The notes beneath the pieces are model-generated. The model had not been told where the DNA came from. It saw only the letters and a program-made list of their open reading frames with translations, and searched no databases. Shown here in pieces: positions 12,801 to 26,005 of a stretch of DNA of 64,000 nt (position 1 is its first letter; each line of letters begins with the position of its first letter). The translations under genes and the position numbers were made by a program. The DNA lies in the NCBI RefSeq assembly GCF_009914755.1, contig NC_060926.1, one strand, 5' to 3'. Origin of the DNA: the human T2T-CHM13v2.0 reference genome, Homo sapiens.

Positions 12801-13518
12801 TTTCTTAATCCTGAGTTCTAATTTGATTGCACTGTGGTCTGAGAGATAGTTTGTTGTGATTTCTGTTCTTTTACATTTGCTGAGGAGTGTTTTACTACCA
12901 ATCATGTGGTCAATTTTAGAATAAGTGCGATGTGGTGTGAGAAGAGTGTATATTCTATTGATTTGGGGTGTAGATTTCTGTAGATGTCTATTAGGTCCAC
13001 TTGGTGCAGAGCTGAGTTCGAGTCCTGGATATCCTTGTTAGCCTTCTGTCTCGTTGATCTGTCTAATGTTGACAGTGGGGTATTAAAGTCTCCCATTATT
13101 ATTATATGGGAGTCTAAGTCTCTTTGTAGGTCTCTAAGGACTTGCTTTATGAATCTGGGTGCTCCTGTATTGGGTGCATATATATTTAGGATAGTTAGCT
13201 CTTGTTGAATCGATCCCTTTACCATTATATAGTGGTCTTCTTTGTCTCTTTTGATCTTTGTTGTTTTGAAGTCTATTTTATCAGTGAGTAGGATTCCAAC
13301 CCCTGCTTTTTTTCTTTTTGCTTTCCATTTTCTTGGTAGATCTTCCACCATCCCTTTATTTTGAAACTATGTGCATCTGTGGACATGAGATGGGCCTCCT
13401 GAATACAGCATACTGATGGGTCTTGAGTCTCTATCCAATTTGCCATTCTGTGTCTTTTAACTGGGGCATTTAGCCCATTTACATTTAAGGTTAATATTGT
13501 TATATTTGATCCTGTCAT
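9844..13518 (-). pseudogene. Disrupted L1 ORF2 (APE endonuclease / reverse transcriptase)
   Basis: Fragments [56 protein letters not shown]; frameshifts (e.g. ~13-bp deletion at ~11758), stops, an internal deletion and an insertion. Confidence 0.95.
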
Positions 13519-13581
13519 TATGATATTAGCTGGTTATTTTGCCCGTTAATTGATGCAGTTTCTTCATAGAGTCAATGGTCT

Positions 13582-14607
13582 TTACCATTTGGCATGTTTT
13601 TGCAGTGTCTGGTACCAGTTGTTCCTTTCCATGTTTAGTGATTCCTTCAGGAGCTCTTGCAAGGCAGGTCTGGTGGTGACAAAATCTCTGAGCATTTGCT
13701 TATCTGTAAAGGATTTTATTTCTCCTTCATTTATGAAGCTTAGTTTGGCTGGATATGAGATTCTGGGTTGAAAATTCTTTTCTTTAAGAATGTTGAATAT
13801 CGGCCCCCACTCTCTTCTGGCTTGTAGGGTTTCTGCTGAGAGATCCACTGTTAGTCTGATGGGCTTCCCTTTGTGGATAACCTGACCTTTCTCTCTGGCT
13901 GCCCTTAACATTTTTTCCTTCATTTTAACCTTGGTGAATCTGACAATTATGTGTCTTGAGGTTGCTCTTCTCAAGGAGTGTCTTTGTGGCATTCTCTGTA
14001 TTTCGTGAATTTGAATGTTGGCCTGCCTTGCTAGGTTAGGGAAGTTCTCCTGGATAATATCCTGAAGAGTGTTGTCTAACTTGGTTCCATTCTCCGTGTC
14101 GCTTTCCAGTACACCAATCAAACTTATATTTGGTCTTTTCAAATAGTCCCATATTTCTTGGAGGCTTTGTTCATTTCTTTTCACCCTTTTTTCTCTAATC
14201 TTGTCTTCTCACTTTATTTCATTAATTTGGTCTTCAATCACTGATATCCTTTCTTCCACTTGATTGAATCAGCTATTGAAGGTTGTACATTTGTCATGAA
14301 GTTCTCATGCCTTGGTTTTCAGCTCCATTAGGTCATCTAAGGTCTTCTCTACACTATTTATTCTAGTTAGCCATTCATCTAACAGTTTTTCAAGGTTTTT
14401 AGCTTCCTTGTGATGGATTAGAACATGCTCCTTTAGCTTGGAGAACTTTGTTATTACCGACCTTCTGAAGCCTACTTCTGTCAACTCGTGAAACTCATTC
14501 TCCATCTAGTCTTGTTCCCTTGTTGGCGAGGAGCTGTGATCCTTTAGAGGAGAAGAGGTGCTCTGTTTTTGGGAATTTTCAGCTTTTCTGCTCTGGTTTC
14601 TCCCCAT
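13582..14607 (-). pseudogene. Disrupted L1 ORF1 (RNA-binding protein)
   Basis: ATG at 14607 (MGRNQSRK); fragments 14305-14505 and 13582-14184 with ARREWGPIF and RISYPAKLSF motifs; broken frame. Confidence 0.93.
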
Positions 14608-15640
14608 CTTTGTGGTTTTATCTACCTTTGGTCTTCGATGTTGGTGACCTACAGATGGGGTTTTGGTGTGGATGTCCTTCTTGTTGATGTTGATGCTATT
14701 CCTTTCTGTTTGTTAGTTTTCCTTCTAACAGTCAGATCCCTTAGCTACAGGTCTGTTGGGGTTTGCTGGAGGTCCACTCCTGACCCTGTTTGCCTGGGTA
14801 TCACCAGGGGAGGCTGCAGAACAGCAAATCAGGCTGCAGAACAGCCTGATCCTTCCTCTGGAAACTTCGTACCAGAAGGGCATCTGCCTGTTTGAGTGTC
14901 TGTTGGCACCTACTGGGAGGTGTTTCCCAGTGAAGCTACACGGGGGTCAGGGACCTGCTTGAGGAGGCAGTCTGTCCTTTCTCGGAACTCAAACGCCATG
15001 CTGAAAGAACCATTGCTCTCTTCAGAGCTGTCAGACAGGGACATTTAAGTCTGCAGAAGCTGTCTGCTGCCTTTTGTTCTACTATGCCCTGCCCCCAGAG
15101 GTGGAATCTATAGAGGCATTAGGCTTTGCTGAGCTGCAGTGGGCTCTGCCCAGTTCCTGCTTCCCAGCCTCTTTGTTTATACTGTTGAGCTACTCAAGCC
15201 TCAGCAATGGTGGACAACCCCCGCCATCCAGCTGCAGCATCGCAGGTCGATCTCAGACTGCTGCGCTAGCAGTGAGCAAGGCTCCATGGTCGTGGGACTG
15301 GCTGAGCCAGGCACGGGAGGGTATCTCCTGGTCGGCCGGTTGCTAATACCGTGGGAATAGCGCAGTATTTGGTCAGGAGTGAACTGTTTCTGCAGATACA
15401 GTCTGTCATGGCTTCCCTTGGCTAGGAAAGGAAAATCCCCCAACCCCTTGAGCTTCCTGGGTGAGGCGACGCCCCTCCCTGCTTTGGCTTACCCTCCATG
15501 GGCTGCATCCACTGTCCAACCAGTCCCAATGAGATGAACCCAGTACCTCAGCTGGAAATGCAGAAATCACCCACCTTCTGCATCAATCTCACTGGGAGCT
15601 GCAGACCGGAGCTGTTCCTATTCAGCCATCTTGGAAGTGA
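14608..15640 (-). promoter_or_regulatory. L1 5'UTR (sense and antisense promoter region, ORF0 remnant on + strand)
   Basis: GC/CpG-richer ~1 kb upstream of ORF1; + strand ISDCCAS..EPG..LLV homologous to L1 ORF0; activity not demonstrable from sequence. Confidence 0.75.
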
Positions 15641-15739
15641 CTACCATGGTCTTCTTTATTGACTGTGGAACTTACCCTTAGAACAGTTTCTCAAATCATC
15701 TTTTGATTGATTGCATTTGTGCATCTGTTTGTAATTTTT

Positions 15740-16052
15740 ATTTTTATTTATTTTTTATTTTTTTGAGATGGAGTCTCACTCAGGCCCTGTTGCCCAGGCT
15801 GGACTGCAGTGGCGCGATCTTGGCTTACTGCAAACTCTGCCTCCCAGATTCAAGCAAGTCTCCTACCTCAACCACCTAAGTAGCTGGGATTACAGGTGTG
15901 CACCACCATGCCCGGCTAACTTTTGTATTTTTAGTAGAGACAAGGTTTCACCACGTTGGCCAGGCTGGTCTCAAACTCCTGACCTCAAGTGATCCACCCA
16001 CCTCGACCTCCAAAAATACTGGGATTACAGGCATGAGCCACTGCTCCCAGCT
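15740..16052 (-). mobile_element. AluS (Sx/Sz-like)
   Basis: Dimeric Alu in reverse; approximate TSD tgtttgt(g)aattttt; small caggcc insertion at 15781. Confidence 0.95.
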
Positions 16053-17012
16053 TGTTTGTGAATTTTTTTTAAAAGAGGGACTCTCAACCACTTTTAACTG
16101 AACTATTTTGTATTTGAGAATGCCAAACTGTTGCCTTTAAATTTGAGAAACATTGGTGACTATTTTTCCCCCAAAACTCAGAGCCTTTGCCTTCAAGTAA
16201 AAGATGGTTTCATTTTTCCTGTTACAGTGATTATATATATATATTTATTGATTTCCGGATGTTTTATGATTATTATCTCCTTAATTATATTCTCACAATA
16301 ATTCTGCATGGACTATACTGTCTTTCCTATTTCATTGGTCAAGAAGTTGAAGGTAAGAGAGGTTAATAATTCATAAGGTCATACACATATAAGTAGTGAA
16401 GTCTTGATGTGTGCATAGGACCCCTTGTTTCCAGTGTCTTCCCTTTCTCTTCTCTGCCATATGTCTTCTCCTGGATGTAGAGAATCTGGGAATGAGGTAA
16501 AAATAAGGCTATGTGAGTTGTGGTCAGTTTGGGGGATCAGAAAGAAAAAGCTGATTTTTGCCTTCTAAATTCTATTACCAGACATGTAAGAAAATACTAT
16601 TTCCAAGAATCCTGAAATCAAAAGTAAATAATGCCATTGAAATTAGAGAATATTTCTTAGCCCTATGCTCTACGGGAAGATTTCTTTTGAGGTTGACAGT
16701 TTCTTGGAATTCTGATGGCTGGGCATAATGCACTTTGCTCTGTCATGTTACTGTAAAAAATGTGTTCTGTTTAGGAAAATTAAAGGCATTACATCAAGAT
16801 CCATAGTCTTATGTCAGCTCCATTATCTTGAATCATATTTAATAGCAACATGATATTTCTGGTTATGAACTCTCCTTTGGTTTGGTGTTTAAAGTGTGTC
16901 TTAAGCCTAATCAATTCTTGTGACTGTATGTTCTACAAAGTCAGGTTTCTTGAGTCAAATGGTGAAGCATTGAGCATCTAAGAGCAGAGTCTAGAATAGC
17001 TAGAATAATGAT

Positions 17013-17054
17013 CACACACACACATGTGTGTGTGTATATATATATATATATATA
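17013..17054. repeat. Compound (CA)n(TG)n(TA)n microsatellite
   Basis: Read directly. Confidence 0.95.
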
Positions 17055-17869
17055 ATCTGATAAGAATTAATGGTTCATAGATCACAAATGGAATACATAA
17101 CCCTGGTGATCATTTCATTACTTGTGGTCTCCAGAAAATGCAGAGAAGGGATGTTAAATTATATGATGTATGAAAACCAAAAGGATCTCTTTTGCACGGA
17201 AAACTCAAGTTGCAGGTTCTGCCTCTGAACTCTACACGTTCAGAAAGGGTGGCCTGGGTCTTCAGAGTGAGTTTGAAGGCAGCCTGACATGCCATGTCCC
17301 TACGGGACCTTCCACAGCACGCATCCTCTCTATTACTTCTTGGCACCTCATAAATTGGTGACATTAATTATTTAATTGATTAACTTCTTACTTATTAATC
17401 TCTACGAATAGAATTTTGCTTTAAAAGGGACCGGTATACCCTATATATTGTATAGTTCTTGGCACATATAGGCATTCAAAAATATTTGTAAAACATTATG
17501 TTTTCTGTAAGTCTTGTCTTCTGAACTAAGTTATAAACTACCAAAGAACAGAGTTTATAGTTGATACTCTGAATGGCCCATTGGACACAATAGTGCTGAG
17601 CTGAGAGCAGGATCTCAAGGGCAATTTGTTATACTGAGTTGAATTATACCATATGGAACTACCCACATGAAGGTCTGCCTTCCTGGCTTCTGGCTCTGTG
17701 CTTCCATAGTTCTTTGTACATGCTTCTTTTATAGCCTCTAATCAACCCTTTTTTAATTTTTTGTTCCTACATCTGACTGCCTCTCAATATTTTGTGCTAA
17801 GAGCATTTATATCTCCTTTCTTCGTTGATAATTTTGCACATTGCAAATGATGAATAAGAAAATGGAACT

Positions 17870-18100
17870 AACATTATATTAATTGGCTGCTATGTCAGGC
17901 ATGCGGCTATACTATGGACTTTACAGATGTCAATTCAATTAATCCTCAAAATCCTATGAAGTTGGTAGTTTAATCTTCATTTAATAGTTAAAGAAACTGA
18001 AACTCAGGAGTTGCTTGCCCAACATCACGTATCTGGCAAGGATCAAAGCAGAGATGGGAGCCCAGTTTTTTTCAATTCTGAAGACTTTACTGACTCTTCT
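17870..18100 (-). mobile_element. MIR SINE
   Basis: aatcctcaaaatcctatgaagttggt...aagaaactgaaactcagg...cttgcccaacatcac is reverse MIR. Confidence 0.75.
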
Positions 18101-19007
18101 ACTGCGCTAATCCGTTTTTGCATTAATTAATGAGTTAACAAATAGCAACAGCAGTGGTAGGTAGCAACTAAAGCTCTTGTGTTCATTAACAATGGAGCTG
18201 GAATACCCAATATGTTCTTACAAGGGAATCGTTTTCATTTCAAACTGATATCTCTAAGCAATACCCTTGGAATCATTTGTGTTGCCTCCCTTAGAATAGT
18301 CATGTTGCCTTTGAATAACAGGAGGTCCTTCTCCCATCTTGTTGAGGGAAGCTACATCTCAACAAGGTGGGAGAAGGACCTCCTGGAGTCACTGATGATA
18401 ACGTTCTTTGGGAGGTTTAGTGAGAAGCTTCATTGCTGAGGGAGAGGGGGTGTCATTAATTCTTGGGTTTTAGGAGTTTAAAGGAGGTATTATTCCAGAG
18501 AGGGATGGGGAAGAGTCAGACGTGAGGCTGTCCAGTGATGGGTGCTTTACAACAGCAGTCTTTAGACTTGGTCAGAGTTACTTGTGGACATACTTTTTAA
18601 AAAATCAGGTCCAGAACCTTAATTTTCATATTTCGTATTTACCTGAAATTTATCTCCCTGATAACTTGCTTGCATTTAAAACAGAGCTTTTTCTACTTTA
18701 AAAAAGAAAGATGTTTCTTCATCCATCTCAAATCTTACAAAAGTGCACATCCTCCCAGACATCTAAGGGGAAGGTTTCTTTCATAAGTAAGTTGCCATAT
18801 ATCCTCAGGGCTTTTAGTCTTTCATGCATTAAAAATGTGTTAAGGTTGATGTACTTGTCAGAAAGAGAGTATTTGGGTGCTGTATTGGGATTTCTGATTT
18901 CATATCTATGGTAGAGTAAGAGAGTGGACTAATGACAATATTCACTTAGTCATGTATCCTCTTTCACCCATCACCTATTGTCAAGTAATGCATTTCTGTT
19001 AAGGTAG

Positions 19008-19417
19008 TGTATTAGGCCTTTCTTGTATTCCCATAAAGAAATTCTTGAGAGTGGGTAATTTATAAAGAAAAGACATTTAATTGGCTCATGGTTCTGCTGG
19101 TTTTACAGGAAGCATGATGCTGGTATCTGCTTGGCTTCCAGTGAAGCCTCAGAGAGCTTTCAGTCATGCAGAGCTGAAGCAGGAGTAGGCACTTCACATG
19201 GCAAAAGCAGGAGCAAGCAAGAGAGAGTGGGAGAGATGTGCCCCCCCCGCCACCCAACTTTTAAATGACCAGATCTCATGAGAATTCACTATCACAAGGA
19301 CGGTACCAAGCCGTGAAGTATTCACTCCCATGATCTAAATACCTCCCACCAGGCCCCACCCCCAGCATTGAAGATACAATTCAACATGAGATTTGGACAA
19401 ATATCTAAACTACATCA
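19008..19417 (-). mobile_element. MaLR solo LTR (MSTA/MSTB-like)
   Basis: tgtattagg...gggtaatttataaagaaaag...acctcccaccaggccccacc...aattcaacatgagatttgg; TG..CA ends; 5-bp TSD ggtag/ggcag. Confidence 0.92.
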
Positions 19418-20589
19418 GGCAGAGTCCTGTAAGAGTGAAGAAAAAGACTCAGTAAGAAACACTGAATATGAAAACTGGCTTTTTCCCCATTTTTTTCCCA
19501 GCTCTGGTTAATACTTATTTTTATGACCTCCATTGTGCTAAAAAGAAAAATATTTTCAAACAGCCAAAGAATTAGAGGTTCTTTTAAGGAATTTGGAAAG
19601 TGTTCTAGAATTATCAAAAAAAAAAGGTAGGTGATATTCAATTAAATCAACCAATTTAAAAAATTACATATGTTTTCATGTTGGTGTAATGTAAAAGCTC
19701 TGAAGCTTATTTTTGAAATCAAATTACAACATTTTCTTCCAATTGCAGGTAATCCTAATTTGGTTTAAATTTTCTACCTGCTATTGACAAGAGGTAAATT
19801 TATGTGCCAGGTGCCAGACCTATCAGTTTTTAGTAGTATATATCTTTCTTTATCATAAAGTATGCCTCAGACTAATCTATCTTTCATAATGTGATCTGCA
19901 ATTTACTCAGTTTTTACAATATTCCTCTGAATACATATTAACATATTTTTGAGTTAAAAATTATAGTTGGTTTGTGGATTGGTTTGAAAATGAGGGCTGG
20001 CTTAGCCAACAAGGTTATATGTTAGTTTATCCAATATAGTTAGGATATATTAATTTATGCCCATGAAGTGACTGAGCCAAATCATCAGTGCCAAGGTTTA
20101 TACAAAATATACTTAAAGCATTTGAAAAGATAAAATATTGCACCGAAGATATTGTTTGCAAGATATGTTGCAAATGGAATTTGCAACGTTTTAATATTCT
20201 CAAAACTTTCTAAGATTAGAAAGTTATTCAGGCACCTCTAAGTGAAAGAATAAAAGGCAAAAACAGCAAGTCTTGCTAAAATGAGGTAATCAAGAAAATG
20301 GCAGAGAAGCAAATCCTTTTGGTTCATCAGGTCATTTTTCATTTATTTCAGCAACAAGCAAGTAGGATACTGACATGTCCTCTTATAAGACAGTTAGATT
20401 AATTAGGAAAAGAAAAGAGAATTGGCTGTGTTTGCACTCTGAGTTAGCAGAGTACCAGGTATTCAGTTACAGAAACAGAGAGTTGAATTATCAGTGAATC
20501 CACTGGCTTCATGGAACAAATGGTTTCTAAATATTCAAATGTTTTGGTACCTGACAAATGCTTAAGCTAGTTTTTAAAAATCAACTTCA

Positions 20590-20860
20590 ATCATTAATTT
20601 AAAAAATACCTTAAATGCTGCCTATACAGAGGTGTACCCGGCTCTGGCGAGGGGCATTGCACAAGTCAGACACAACCTCAGTCCTCAGCCACTTATCATT
20701 CAGTGGACAGTGTTCAACAATACACAGAAGAGTAAATAAATAAGCTGATATAAGACTGTGATATTCATCGTGAACACAATAATCCAAAGGAATGTGGTCA
20801 GCATTATCTGGTAAGGACAGCAGGATTGCCTTAGCATAGGCAGCCAGGGAAGTTAAAAAC
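20590..20860 (-). mobile_element. L2 LINE 3' fragment
   Basis: Degenerate match to the reverse L2 3' end (acaagtcagacacaacctcagtcctc...taaataagctgat). Confidence 0.5.
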
Positions 20861-21541
20861 TGGGCTGAAGTGACCCAGTTTTTACTTCTGTTTCGTCTCT
20901 GTGACCTGAAGTGGCAGCCCCGTGAGAATCCCCAGGTGAAGGTAAGATGCAGAACGCCATGAGGTGGGGATGAACCTGGACTCTTAATTAGCCCTGCATC
21001 TCAGATTATAAGAATAATCTTCCATTTTAATGGGTCTTTACAACTGACATGGGCTTTATAGATGCTGAGATTTCTGAGTTCCATAGTTTGTCTTACGTGT
21101 TCATTCTGCAAGAAGTAGTATTTCTAGAATCTCTACTGTGCATAGACTCTCCAACTACAAGTTTTCCTTCCCTGTGGTCTGCTCTCAAAATTAGAGATAA
21201 AAAATACAACTTTTATTTTTGTGTAATCATCAGGTAATAGATGTCTATTGTGAACATGCTGGTGGAAAAATAAATACCAAAAAGGAAATAATTAAAGCTT
21301 ATAAGAAAATAATACTGAAATATGCCAAATAATAACAAAATATAATAAAAAATATAAAAAGAAAAAGAAACACCAGATGGATTTCCCATTCTTGAAATGA
21401 ACCACTATTAACAGTTGTGTGATTTTCTTTGTTTCTAATCTTCAAAACAAACATATACACCCATACAATTACACATATACATATAATGAACAGTGCATTT
21501 TTTCCCTTCAATTTCAGTTTAACATATAAATCTACTATCTC

Positions 21542-21584
<43 letters not shown>
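21542..21584. repeat. (TCTA)n tetranucleotide STR
   Basis: Read directly; a (CTAC)n tract follows at ~21687-21709. Confidence 0.95.
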
Positions 21585-21622
21585 GTGTATCAATCATCAT
21601 TTATCTATTTATCTAACATCAC

Positions 21623-21684
21623 ATCACTTCTCAACCTTTTGGCTAAGAACAAGTGTAGTATCTGTTCTTATCAGTTTAATATCT
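21623..21684 (+). pseudogene. 3'-truncated U2 snRNA retropseudogene (U2 nt 1-62)
   Basis: atcacttctcaaccttttggctaagaacaagtgtagtatctgttcttatcagtttaatatct vs U2 ATCGCTTCTCGGCCTTTTGGCTAAGATCAAGTGTAGTATCTGTTCTTATCAGTTTAATATCT, 4 mismatches; includes the branch-point recognition GTAGTA; no Sm site. Confidence 0.93.
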
Positions 21685-23925
21685 ATCTACCTACCTACCT
21701 ACCTACCTATCATCAGATATAAAAGCGGAGAAGGTAATGGCTTACTTGGTGCCATTATAGGAACAACAGATGTCTTGGACTGCTTCTTTGATTAGGCCTA
21801 ATATATTGACAATGTTACTTCTTTGTTTAGGTTAAGGCATTAAAAATTTATTCATAAAATAAATCAATCTATTCATAAATAGAAATAGTCTTTTTAGAAG
21901 GCATCACTTTAATGCATTATAAGTCACCCTGTCCTCACCTAGAATGATCTTTTTATATCAGTCAGCCGGCACAACCCTGTCAACATACTTCTGAGCATGT
22001 GACACAGACATTGGACACGAATATTATGGGACTAGAACAACTTAGGAAGTGTGTGAGCTATAAAGCCTTTATTTTTTTTCTTTCACCTCCCCTTCCTATT
22101 TCCCTAGAAAGATCTACCATTTCTTCCTTTTTGTCTCCACATATGTTTCTTTGATGGCACATATGTCTTATTATATTTATTTGAGTGGCAGAAGTAAGTT
22201 TCCTACGTAAGAGGCGGTATAGAAAACACCGAATTTCTTAATTTTTAAAATCAATCTAGATCAACCCTTGCTTGAGAGAGTATAGAACTAAATCAGTCTC
22301 CTTTCTCCTTTCTGCTTCTCCCTGTCCCTGTGATAACAGAAGCACCTACTGCTTACCTGAGAAAGGTGGAAGGACGTCTATCATGCCAGCCACTCATGGA
22401 CGTGCCCGTTTCCTGAACCCTTTTGGGCTTCTCCAGGGCATATGGCGATTTCCAAGCAGGCGACTCCATTTTCTTACTGTCTACTATGAACCTAGAACTC
22501 TTTCACCAGTGGGTTGTGGTCTCATCATTTCCCACCAAAGCTTTTCCTCCTCTGGTGAGAAAGACATTGGGTATTATTCACAGAAACCCCCAAACCTAAA
22601 ACCATTGTTCTTTCCCATGGTCTTCAGGTATCTTTCCTCTTTTAAAACTCCAGCTTCGGTTTTTCTCAATGGTTCTAGACTCCTAAAGAAAACTGTGGGT
22701 TAAAAAAGATGAACAATTGCCCTGCAACTTCTGCTTTTGTCCCAGATACCAAGTTTTTGACAATTTTCCAAGACTATGAAAGTAGCAATATGAAGAAAAT
22801 TATTTCAACTTAATTTCCAGTTGAGATGTGAGAAAACAGCAAGAAGTTAGCATCACAATAAATAATCTAGCACATTTGTTTACATGTCTATGCCACTCTA
22901 CAGCACTGCAACCCCACTAGCTCTGGGTCCCTCAAAAGAACATAGACCTTAGCAAATAGCAATGTGTCCCTACAAATGTTCATTGAATAAATAAACACAT
23001 TCATTATTACTTACAGCTTAAAACCACAATAAAACACATTTTGAAATTTCCTTGTCTCTCAGTGACCTACAATTTGAGGATGAAAGCCCTATATCTGGCC
23101 AAGTCAGTTTTTCCCACTTTCTAGTGAAAGTGGAGAGTAAACCAAACCTTTGTACATCAATATTTTGACTGTGTAGGTTCTGGGAAGAATAATAATTTGA
23201 GAGCCTGAAACAGTACGGAATATCTGGGTAGCTGATTATTTTCCTTGAGAAAGACCTTATAAGCAGGCATAATTTATATCAACTTTATCAAAGCTTCTCA
23301 CATTGAAGAATTAGTTGATGCGAGCTATGGCTGAGACCTCAAGGAGAGCTGAGACATCGTGGTGGGCTGGTGAGGAGGAAGCAGAGGCATCTGGAGTGGG
23401 AGGAATTTTCAGTGCTTTGTGCTGACCCCTTGCATAGGGAAGGCAATGGGTAGTTAGCAATCAAATAGGTGTTGAAATGTCTGAGAAAACTCAGGGTGGC
23501 TCTGGGCTTACCTCAGTCGGTTTCCTAGGTAAGCTGATCCTGGGGGTGGGGACTGGGGCAGGAATTTCTAGTGGTGACAAGGATCTTCTGAGTTATTTTG
23601 AATGTTGCAGGAAGGTGATTTTACAGTTAGGGCATTTATCAAGTAAATTTTAATTCAGTATTCAAACTACTAATGTTATAAAGTTCAAAACCTAGATTTA
23701 AAAAGCCTTTAAGTCTGCATGTAATTTCTTAACTTCTTTAAATAGATAATTAATTTGAGTGGTATGTTTCCTTTTTGTTTTAGAATTTCAGTGGGAGCCT
23801 TAAAATGGGGGAATGATAGAAAAGTGCTGGAGTCGTCTATATGGGAGTTAATAGAAAATATCAAAACTGGCCCTGGGACCCTCATCCCCACTTCTTCATC
23901 AGTCCATGTAAAAGAGGAAAATAAA

Positions 23926-24326
<401 letters not shown>

Positions 24327-24917
24327 CTAACTGAAGAGGGCTCAAAGAATTCAGTCGTAGAGACTGAAGATGCCTGTAAGGGGGTGGGGCATTGATATCT
24401 TACCCTCTGGCTGAAGGTTTGCTGAGATGCAGATAGAGCCCACTGCATGGTGAGAGAGCGCTCTCGGGAGAACCAGACATATGTACCTAGTGGGTTGGAA
24501 GAATTCTGAAGCATGGAGGTGAGTTGTAGGGACCCATGATGCCGGAGCAAGGAGAGATGACAGAAGTCGGAAAAAGCCTATACTTCCACAGTTTGACAAG
24601 GCAGGAATGCATGCAATTCCCTATGCAAAAGGAATGTTTAAGGCACACACTTGGCTGAAGCTAAGTTGAAAGACTTTCTGCACAAGAAGTCGGCCTGCAC
24701 AGCAGTGCCAGAATCCTGTGCTTAAGCTGAGGTTGAAACTAATTTACTTCACCACTTCATTTTATTTAGGTACTCTTTATTGACTGTGTTCTACAATTCC
24801 CCCTAAAATAACTATACAATTCTCTAGTCATCTTCCTAACAAGAATCACAAAGGAGACTGTAGTATAGTTTCAAATACCCTTCAGTTTGAAGCAGAATCT
24901 TAATCCTGCAGCAATTA

Positions 24918-25387
<470 letters not shown>

Positions 25388-25398
25388 TCAAGCCTTAT

Positions 25399-25521
25399 CT
25401 TTCTCCTCTTCCTCCTCCTCCTCCTCTTTCTCCTCCTCCTCCTCTTCCTCCTCCTCCTTCTTCTTCTTCTCCTCCTCTTCCTCTTCCTCCTTCTCCTCCT
25501 CCTCCTCTTCCTCCCCCTTTT
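25399..25521. repeat. (CTC/CTT)n polypyrimidine low-complexity tract
   Basis: ~120 nt of only C/T on the + strand. Confidence 0.95.
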
Positions 25522-25928
25522 TTTGTTGCCCAGCCTGATTCTGATTCCAACATTTTACTCTTAAAATAATCTTGTCTAATTGAAGATTTTTTTTGGAGAG
25601 ATTGGTATAACAATGATTTTATTAGCTTTTCTTTGTCAGCAGATTTACATTGCTTCTAAAGAGCTGTATCAACTATTCCTTAGTTTAATGATGAAAATAT
25701 GATTGCTGGAATCAGTCAACACCTCCGTGGGTGTAACCTGAACATAATCAAAACATTGCTGGGTTCTGACTGAATGAAAGCAAGGTGTGGTCCAATTGCT
25801 CTGAATATCATATCAGTGTTGAAAATCACAGGTGTGGCCTGATATGACAACTCGTGACATAAAATGATTTTACCTAATAGCACATAAATTTTAAAGATCT
25901 GATAATAGTCACCTCAACAGGAAAAAGC

Positions 25929-26005
25929 TAAAAATATGTGTGTGTATGTATGTGTATTAGAAATATATTAGATAAAAATATGTGTGTGTATGTATGTGTA
26001 TTAGA
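25929..26005. repeat. 33-bp direct repeat, period 44
   Basis: taaaaatatgtgtgtgtatgtatgtgtattaga at 25929 and 25973. Confidence 0.9.

Larger units (their letters stand above)
9590..15640 (-). mobile_element. Near full-length inactive LINE-1 (L1PA7-like)
   Basis: 5'UTR start (gctgttcctattcagccatcttggaa, YY1 site) at ~15611-15636; ORF1 and ORF2 fragments in order; 3'UTR with ctaggttttaagccccacatgcattagg, as in L1PA7/8-age elements; degenerate poly(A). Confidence 0.95.

Noticed and set aside
15139-15360. Intact L1 ORF0 protein
   Set aside because: The ORF0 ATG is out of frame with the conserved segment, and that frame has a premature stop
21623-21684. Functional U2 snRNA gene
   Set aside because: Only the 5' third is present, with no Sm site, and it is flanked by microsatellite rather than snRNA promoter or 3' box elements
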